This document shows positions 59,231 to 64,000 of a DNA stretch of 64,000 bases, in pieces; position 1 is the stretch's first letter; every line of letters starts with the position of its first letter. The notes below the pieces were generated by a model. That model worked only from the letters and a program-made list of their open reading frames with translations, was not told where the DNA came from and searched no databases. The stretch is from sequence record NC_042060.1; one strand, written 5' to 3'. Made by a program: the position numbers and the translations under genes.

Positions 59231-60862
59231 TTATTTTGCACGGAACATTAACTGAGCATTGTCAATTATTTCACGTACTTCTTCACGACGTTCAACTAGT
59301 CCAGTTGGACCAACTTTAGTATACATATTAAGCCTACCTCGACCATCCGGGTTATTCTTAGGTTGGTTTTTATATTGACCTACCTCAGCAATAGATGCGT
59401 GAATAATCCTAGATGAGTCATTGATTAGAGACTTATTATGCGCCTTAGCTGTTTTAGCTCGATCCTGTGTAACTAGGATAGATGTCCCTTTAATCAACAT
59501 ACTGGAGTTTGGATTACTCATTGTATCGAGTTCACCATGATCCACTGTTAATCGTTTAATAGCTGTTTGTAGTTTAAAGGAACGTTTTAAACCTTCATTT
59601 AGCTCTTGCACAGTCCATTCACGATCACGCCTAGACTGGAACATATAGCCAAACATACTTACAGCATAGTTAAATTCTGACATCAAGTAATGTAGTACTG
59701 TTAACCTTTTACCATACATACTAGTTTCATCAATATCGGTAGCATATAGATGATGAGCCAAACTAGTCATGATCTCGTAAAGAAGTTCCCAAATAGTACT
59801 TACATTGACACCAACTGTTTTAAGTTCTTCAATAGTCATTTCGTCTAGTGAATTACAGAAACTGTGCAGGTGTGAATCAATGTTTTCCTCTACTTTACCT
59901 TGGTGCTCAAAATCACCAAACACCATGTGACCTAGGATAACACGCCATAAGTTGGTACTATCTACATATTCAGGTCGAGTAAACCGCATTGGGAATGCAT
60001 CAACCACATACCAGAAACCAGCGATAAGTCGTGTAGCAAAAATAGATTCTTGATGACGAGGCATAACAAGAACCATTTCACCGGTGGGATGTTTGCCTTT
60101 TAACGTTGCACTGGAATAAATATTCCACTTTTCACGTGGATATTCTTCTTCAGGAAAATCAGACAGTAGCCCACACTTAACATCTACATTAGCCCATTGT
60201 TTGAAAGTTTGAGTTACTCCAAACTGACAGAAGAAATAATGAGCTAAACATGACTCAATGTGTGGCCGATTATCCAGATCTCGTTTAGTACGCTTAGCCA
60301 TTTCATTGTGAATCTGTGACCAGATCACATACATGATTTTACGCTGGCCATTGCACATGTAATGGTGGTCAGTTTGTTTAAAAGTCAGCTTAGTACGACG
60401 AAACGGGATGAAGATACTATCATTAAGTACAGAGAACCCAACATCAGTTAATACTGGTGAACCGATGTATTTCGCACCATTGATAGTTACCATATTGCCT
60501 CTCTTAAAAGCTGGTAACAGCATTGGGCGAGGATAAAGCATTTCCCCTTTATAACTAAACATTAGGTCAATCATGTACATATCAGTTGGAGCAATATTGG
60601 CAATACGCTTAGCATTATATTCCCGAGTAATCTCTTCAAAATGCTTAAGCGGTGTACATGCACGATTACCTTCATATTTGAAGCCATCGGGAAATAGAAC
60701 TGAACTGATATCAAATAAAGAATCAATATAACGCCTAGTCATATTAACACCAGTATTTGGATCACGAGTCATGGTGTGTTCGACTGTGATACCATTTGCT
60801 AGTGTTGGATTCATGCAAGGCGTATTTTCACGAATCTTTTCAATTAGAAATGGATCCGGCAT
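59231..60862 (-). CDS. gp123: Non-virion RNA polymerase beta-like subunit, N-terminal part
   Basis: Recognised 543-aa phiKZ gp123; beta-like segments (GNMVTINGAKY, HASIAE...GR...Y). Confidence 0.88.
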   Translation of the reverse strand: MPDPFLIEKIRENTPCMNPTLANGITVEHTMTRDPNTGVNMTRRYIDSLFDISSVLFPDGFKYEGNRACTPLKHFEEITREYNAKRIANIAPTDMYMIDLMFSYKGEMLYPRPMLLPAFKRGNMVTINGAKYIGSPVLTDVGFSVLNDSIFIPFRRTKLTFKQTDHHYMCNGQRKIMYVIWSQIHNEMAKRTKRDLDNRPHIESCLAHYFFCQFGVTQTFKQWANVDVKCGLLSDFPEEEYPREKWNIYSSATLKGKHPTGEMVLVMPRHQESIFATRLIAGFWYVVDAFPMRFTRPEYVDSTNLWRVILGHMVFGDFEHQGKVEENIDSHLHSFCNSLDEMTIEELKTVGVNVSTIWELLYEIMTSLAHHLYATDIDETSMYGKRLTVLHYLMSEFNYAVSMFGYMFQSRRDREWTVQELNEGLKRSFKLQTAIKRLTVDHGELDTMSNPNSSMLIKGTSILVTQDRAKTAKAHNKSLINDSSRIIHASIAEVGQYKNQPKNNPDGRGRLNMYTKVGPTGLVERREEVREIIDNAQLMFRAK

Positions 60863-60871
60863 TATAAACTC

Positions 60872-61954
60872 CTAAACTTTTGGCAAAATTAAATCCATCA
60901 GTGAACCTACAATTTTAATGGATGATACTAGATCAGAGGCAATGGAGTTTAGATCACCCCATTTTAGACCATGAATCAATACAACATCTTTTGGTTTGAA
61001 TTCTTTATCAAACGTACCAGCTGCTTTTTCCTGGGCTTCCCTTTCCTTAATATCAGCTGCTGTTAAGAGTGCAGTCTTAAGACGTTCAATAACTTTCTTA
61101 TCTTTAATTCCAACCATTGCAGCAGCTTCTTCATGTGTTCTAAAGAAACCATTTTCATGGAACTGTTCAGGAGGTATTACATATCTCTTTTCGCCATTAT
61201 GACTGATACATCCATGCTTACCACGGATATTAACAATAAGACCAGGATCTAATGATGGATTATAGATTGACTCAATGGCCATAATTCTGCCAGCCATTAC
61301 ATAAAACAATTTATCTGGTTTATTGATGTCAGTATTATACGTTAAAGAATATGTTTCATTCCATACTTGATTAGAAAGTGCTTCTTCTTCTGGACTAAGT
61401 CCGCTATAACCAGGAGGACTAATATTTCTATTTGGATAAAATTCAAAATACTGACTATACTCAGTTTTAAATACTTGGATACCTAAACTCTGAATCCAAC
61501 CGCCATGATATTGATCTACTAGTTTTGATAAGTCAATTGAATACCAAATAGTAATCTCAGATAGCTGATTATTAAACTGATCGAATGTCTGTCGACTAAA
61601 TGACTGAATATATTCTAACATTTCCTCAGGTGTAAAACCTGGAATAGATTTAGCCATAACTTCATAGTTAAAACTATCATCACCACTCCATCGGTAAATG
61701 ACCTTAACTACTAGTCTATTAGACATTACATACTTACGGGATGTCCCAATATTGATAGCGTGACCAGATGAATCGACTACAGTAATACGATGAAATGATT
61801 CATTCCGATACTCGACAAAACGTGAGACAGGGAGATTCCAATTAGCGTATGGATCACCCTTAGTGTATGCAGTTCCCGATTTCTTATCATACGGGTGATC
61901 GATAGTGGGCTTAACTGATACTTGAGTAAGCCCCGCAATTTTTAATGTTACCAT
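60872..61954 (-). CDS. Hypothetical protein (gp122 position)
   Basis: 360-aa ORF. Confidence 0.7.
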   Translation of the reverse strand: MVTLKIAGLTQVSVKPTIDHPYDKKSGTAYTKGDPYANWNLPVSRFVEYRNESFHRITVVDSSGHAINIGTSRKYVMSNRLVVKVIYRWSGDDSFNYEVMAKSIPGFTPEEMLEYIQSFSRQTFDQFNNQLSEITIWYSIDLSKLVDQYHGGWIQSLGIQVFKTEYSQYFEFYPNRNISPPGYSGLSPEEEALSNQVWNETYSLTYNTDINKPDKLFYVMAGRIMAIESIYNPSLDPGLIVNIRGKHGCISHNGEKRYVIPPEQFHENGFFRTHEEAAAMVGIKDKKVIERLKTALLTAADIKEREAQEKAAGTFDKEFKPKDVVLIHGLKWGDLNSIASDLVSSIKIVGSLMDLILPKV

Positions 61955-62363
61955 TGAAATCTACCTTAATCACAACGGCCTCCAAATCTACAATGTTGGG
62001 GAGCCTCTTTTTAGTTTGATGTACGGACCTTCCCTTGAAGGATTCACTCTTTTCCTTATTACTTGATTTCTGCCATTTATGCGGGTCACTCGAACAATAT
62101 AACTTTTCGGTGGCCCGCTTAAACTGTTTTTCTTGAGGGATCTCCTCAATGTTTTTCTTGGCATAATCTGTAATAAAGTCCTCTAGCCCTTTGGGCATAA
62201 AGGCATCCTGAACAGGATGGAATTCTTCAAAGAAAGTATTAATGTATTTATCATCATCTACGGTAGACATCTTATTATCTACCATGGTATTTTTTTCTAT
62301 AAGAGATACCCTCAGGGCATCTTGCCATCTTTCGATGACTTCTGGAAATAATTGAACGTTCAT
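61911..62363 (-). CDS. Hypothetical early protein (gp121 position)
   Basis: 150 aa; directly downstream of a TATATTAC promoter. Confidence 0.65.
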   Translation of the reverse strand: MNVQLFPEVIERWQDALRVSLIEKNTMVDNKMSTVDDDKYINTFFEEFHPVQDAFMPKGLEDFITDYAKKNIEEIPQEKQFKRATEKLYCSSDPHKWQKSSNKEKSESFKGRSVHQTKKRLPNIVDLEAVVIKVDFNGNIKNCGAYSSIS

Positions 62364-62405
62364 TTGGATTAACCTATTTTTAAATTAGAAGATCATGATC
62401 ATTAC

Positions 62406-62440
62406 TGTAATATAGATCTTAAACTTTTTTTAATGTAATA
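62406..62440 (-). promoter_or_regulatory. Early promoter with TATATTAC core
   Basis: 34 of 35 nt identical to 10692-10726. Confidence 0.8.
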
Positions 62441-62443
62441 CAA

Positions 62444-62474
62444 CATAAAGCCCTCCCCGAAGGGAGGGCCTATG
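62444..62474 (-). terminator. Capsid-gene terminator, gccctccc family
   Basis: GCCCTCCC cgaa GGGAGGGC with a TTTATG tail on the minus strand, 4 nt after the TAA of the readthrough extension. Confidence 0.8.
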
Positions 62475-62478
62475 TCTG

Positions 62479-62559
62479 TTACTCTTCTAACTTCCGGGCA
62501 TTACCGTCTTCCAAATAACGGATAGTCCCATTTTCTAGATAACGGTAACCCTTTCCAGC
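62479..62559 (-). CDS. Putative stop-codon readthrough extension of the major capsid protein (AGKGYRYLENGTIRYLEDGNARKLEE)
   Basis: 26 sense codons in frame after the capsid TGA, with no upstream start of their own. The peptide matches the gp143 C-terminal repeat. Confidence 0.72.
   Translation of the reverse strand, partial: AGKGYRYLENGTIRYLEDGNARKLEE
62496..62551 (-). promoter_or_regulatory. Putative readthrough-stimulating RNA hairpin 8 nt 3' of the capsid UGA
   Basis: Folded by hand: mRNA nt +12..+33 pair with +59..+38 (20 of 22 positions, 5 of them G-U), ACUA loop, plus GGG/CCC at the base after a 2-nt bulge. Confidence 0.62.
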
Positions 62560-64000
62560 TCACGGCTTAAGATCAGCAAGCTTACCGTTGAACTGAGTTT
62601 CGCCCATGACTTTCTGGAAGCCAGTGATCTTGAACTCTAGTGCGAACGGAATGTTGTTGACGTGTAGGTTGAACGGAATGGCCGCGATTTCGCGAGTAAC
62701 CTGGTGACCACCACGAGTGATCGGTAGGTCAGCGATAACAGTAGATACGTAGAAGAACTGGCCCCAGGAGAGGATGTCGTTTTCTTGTTGTACTGCGCGG
62801 GTCGGAATTACAACTAGCTTACCATCAAATAGCTGGTTGTTGGTGGAAACGATATCGTACTTGAGATAAGCACCTAGAGTACGGTCGTCACCTTTAGTCA
62901 TTAGATAGTTAGCAATCTCTTTGTCGGAGCAGAAGAGATACATCGGAGTTTCATCCTGGTTACCGGAGATAACACGGAAGGCAGCTTCAATGTTGGAATC
63001 ACGGTGAGCCGGGAATAGCTCAGCTTTAACACAGTTTAGGATCGCAGCGCAAACGTCGTCCCAACGATCTTTAGACTTGATGGTGTCGATGACTTTCTCA
63101 AGATCTAGTTCTTTGTAACGATAGGTCGGACGCATTACAGCGGATAGTGCACCTTCGATGATACCAAACTTCGGACGGTTGTAACCATTGTGTACAACTT
63201 CACGTAGTTGAGCAAGGTAGTTAAGCATGCGCTTAACAGCGTTGTTGCTGTTACGGATGTTGGTGTTAACGGTTAGAGCTTTAACAACCTCACCCGGACC
63301 TTCATCGGTCATGGTGTCCATCGGTAGAGTTACAGGAGCGTGCATCGGGATCGGATGACGGAACTGTAGTGCACGGGTCTGTAGTAGGTGACCACGCTGA
63401 CGACGGTTAGTGTTGGTGAAGCGAGTATCTAGTTCGAAACCGATAACAGCTAGGTCAGTTAGCTGATCTAGAATAGCTTTAACAGCCGGGTCAGCATTAT
63501 CCATTACCTGGCCATCTTCGTTTAGAACTTTATCGACGTAAGTGTCGGTAGCACCAAACTTAGAATCGCCTTTGGATAGGCTGATAGTACCACCAAAACC
63601 AACGCTTAGACGTAGGCTTAGTTTAGCAGTCTTAAGGTCGTTAATAACGCCATCAGCTGAACCGTCGATGAAAGTGGTATCGCCACTAACAACAAGGTCA
63701 TCGCTATCGAAACGGATAACTGCGTTCCGGGTATCACCAACTAGATCGGGCTGGAACACAGCGCGAGGTAGACGGTCAACCTTGAACTTAACAACTTTAC
63801 CGCCGAGTAGAACGAATAGGTTCTTTAGACGACCAGCCGGATCAATGGTGTCAGAAACTTCAAGCATGCCACGCTGAATGAGTAGGTTAGCATTGGAGTT
63901 ACCCATTAGATCAAGACGTACGTTCGCTTTTAGCGGAGCAGTAGTGATAGTTAGGTTCTGCTCGTTCTTGATGGTGTACGGAGGAACAAGAGCCGGGTCT
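62560..64000 (-). CDS. gp120: Major capsid protein, 3' part (5' end outside window)
   Basis: The frame stays open to the window edge; strongly biased, GC-richer high-expression codon usage; position and sequence match the phiKZ MCP; ends LADLKP-TGA. Confidence 0.88.
   Translation of the reverse strand, partial: DPALVPPYTIKNEQNLTITTAPLKANVRLDLMGNSNANLLIQRGMLEVSDTIDPAGRLKNLFVLLGGKVVKFKVDRLPRAVFQPDLVGDTRNAVIRFDSDDLVVSGDTTFIDGSADGVINDLKTAKLSLRLSVGFGGTISLSKGDSKFGATDTYVDKVLNEDGQVMDNADPAVKAILDQLTDLAVIGFELDTRFTNTNRRQRGHLLQTRALQFRHPIPMHAPVTLPMDTMTDEGPGEVVKALTVNTNIRNSNNAVKRMLNYLAQLREVVHNGYNRPKFGIIEGALSAVMRPTYRYKELDLEKVIDTIKSKDRWDDVCAAILNCVKAELFPAHRDSNIEAAFRVISGNQDETPMYLFCSDKEIANYLMTKGDDRTLGAYLKYDIVSTNNQLFDGKLVVIPTRAVQQENDILSWGQFFYVSTVIADLPITRGGHQVTREIAAIPFNLHVNNIPFALEFKITGFQKVMGETQFNGKLADLKP

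Noticed and set aside
62528-62544. The shared 17-mer ccattttctagataacg as a purely DNA-level binding site
   Set aside because: Both copies sit in the same reading frame of the same peptide, and the neighbouring repeats diverge synonymously. Protein-level selection explains it better, but a DNA role is not formally excluded.
62479-62562. Selenocysteine recoding (SECIS) as the meaning of the capsid UGA
   Set aside because: The hairpin is long, with its loop ~33 nt from the UGA and an ACUA loop lacking the G-containing apical motif of bacterial SECIS. Near-cognate readthrough fits better, although only MS can identify the inserted residue.
63542-63877. 111-aa + strand ORF, and the GC-richer composition of the capsid region as a sign of horizontal transfer
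   Set aside because: The ORF is antisense to the MCP. The composition shift is explained by high-expression codon bias (AAC, TAC, ATC, GGT, CGT).

Overview
This window is about 64 kb of a Pseudomonas jumbo (nucleus-forming) phage genome, either phiKZ or a near-identical Phikzvirus, shown reverse-complemented relative to the usual numbering. It runs from the 3' part of gp178 down to the 3' part of gp120. The identification rests on proteins I recognise: endolysin gp144, head protease gp175 (Ser168, ALE210 autocleavage site), RNAP subunits gp178/gp149/gp123, UvsX/RecA, RNase H, SbcC, portal, gp131-135 and the major capsid protein. The other gp numbers come from counting ORFs between these anchors and are provisional. 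The content is mostly late/virion genes, plus recombination/repair genes, lysis genes, small early-promoter islands and about 20 related hairpin terminators. I saw no tRNA, rRNA, CRISPR array, intron or IS. The most striking observation is an apparently programmed UGA readthrough of the major capsid protein gene. Its stop is followed by 26 in-frame sense codons before the terminator. These fold into a long hairpin starting 8 nt after the UGA and encode a triple R-x-L-E-[ND]-G repeat that recurs at the C-terminus of virion protein gp143, suggesting a shared docking tag on capsid and tail. Other highlights are an overlapped spanin pair with a holin candidate, a second membrane-protein/lipoprotein pair, a tandem active/degenerate 2OG-Fe(II) oxygenase pair beside the fibre genes, a foldon-like array in the collagen-like fibre, and an unlisted 58-aa ORF. 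No searches or folding programs were run; family calls come from motif recognition.
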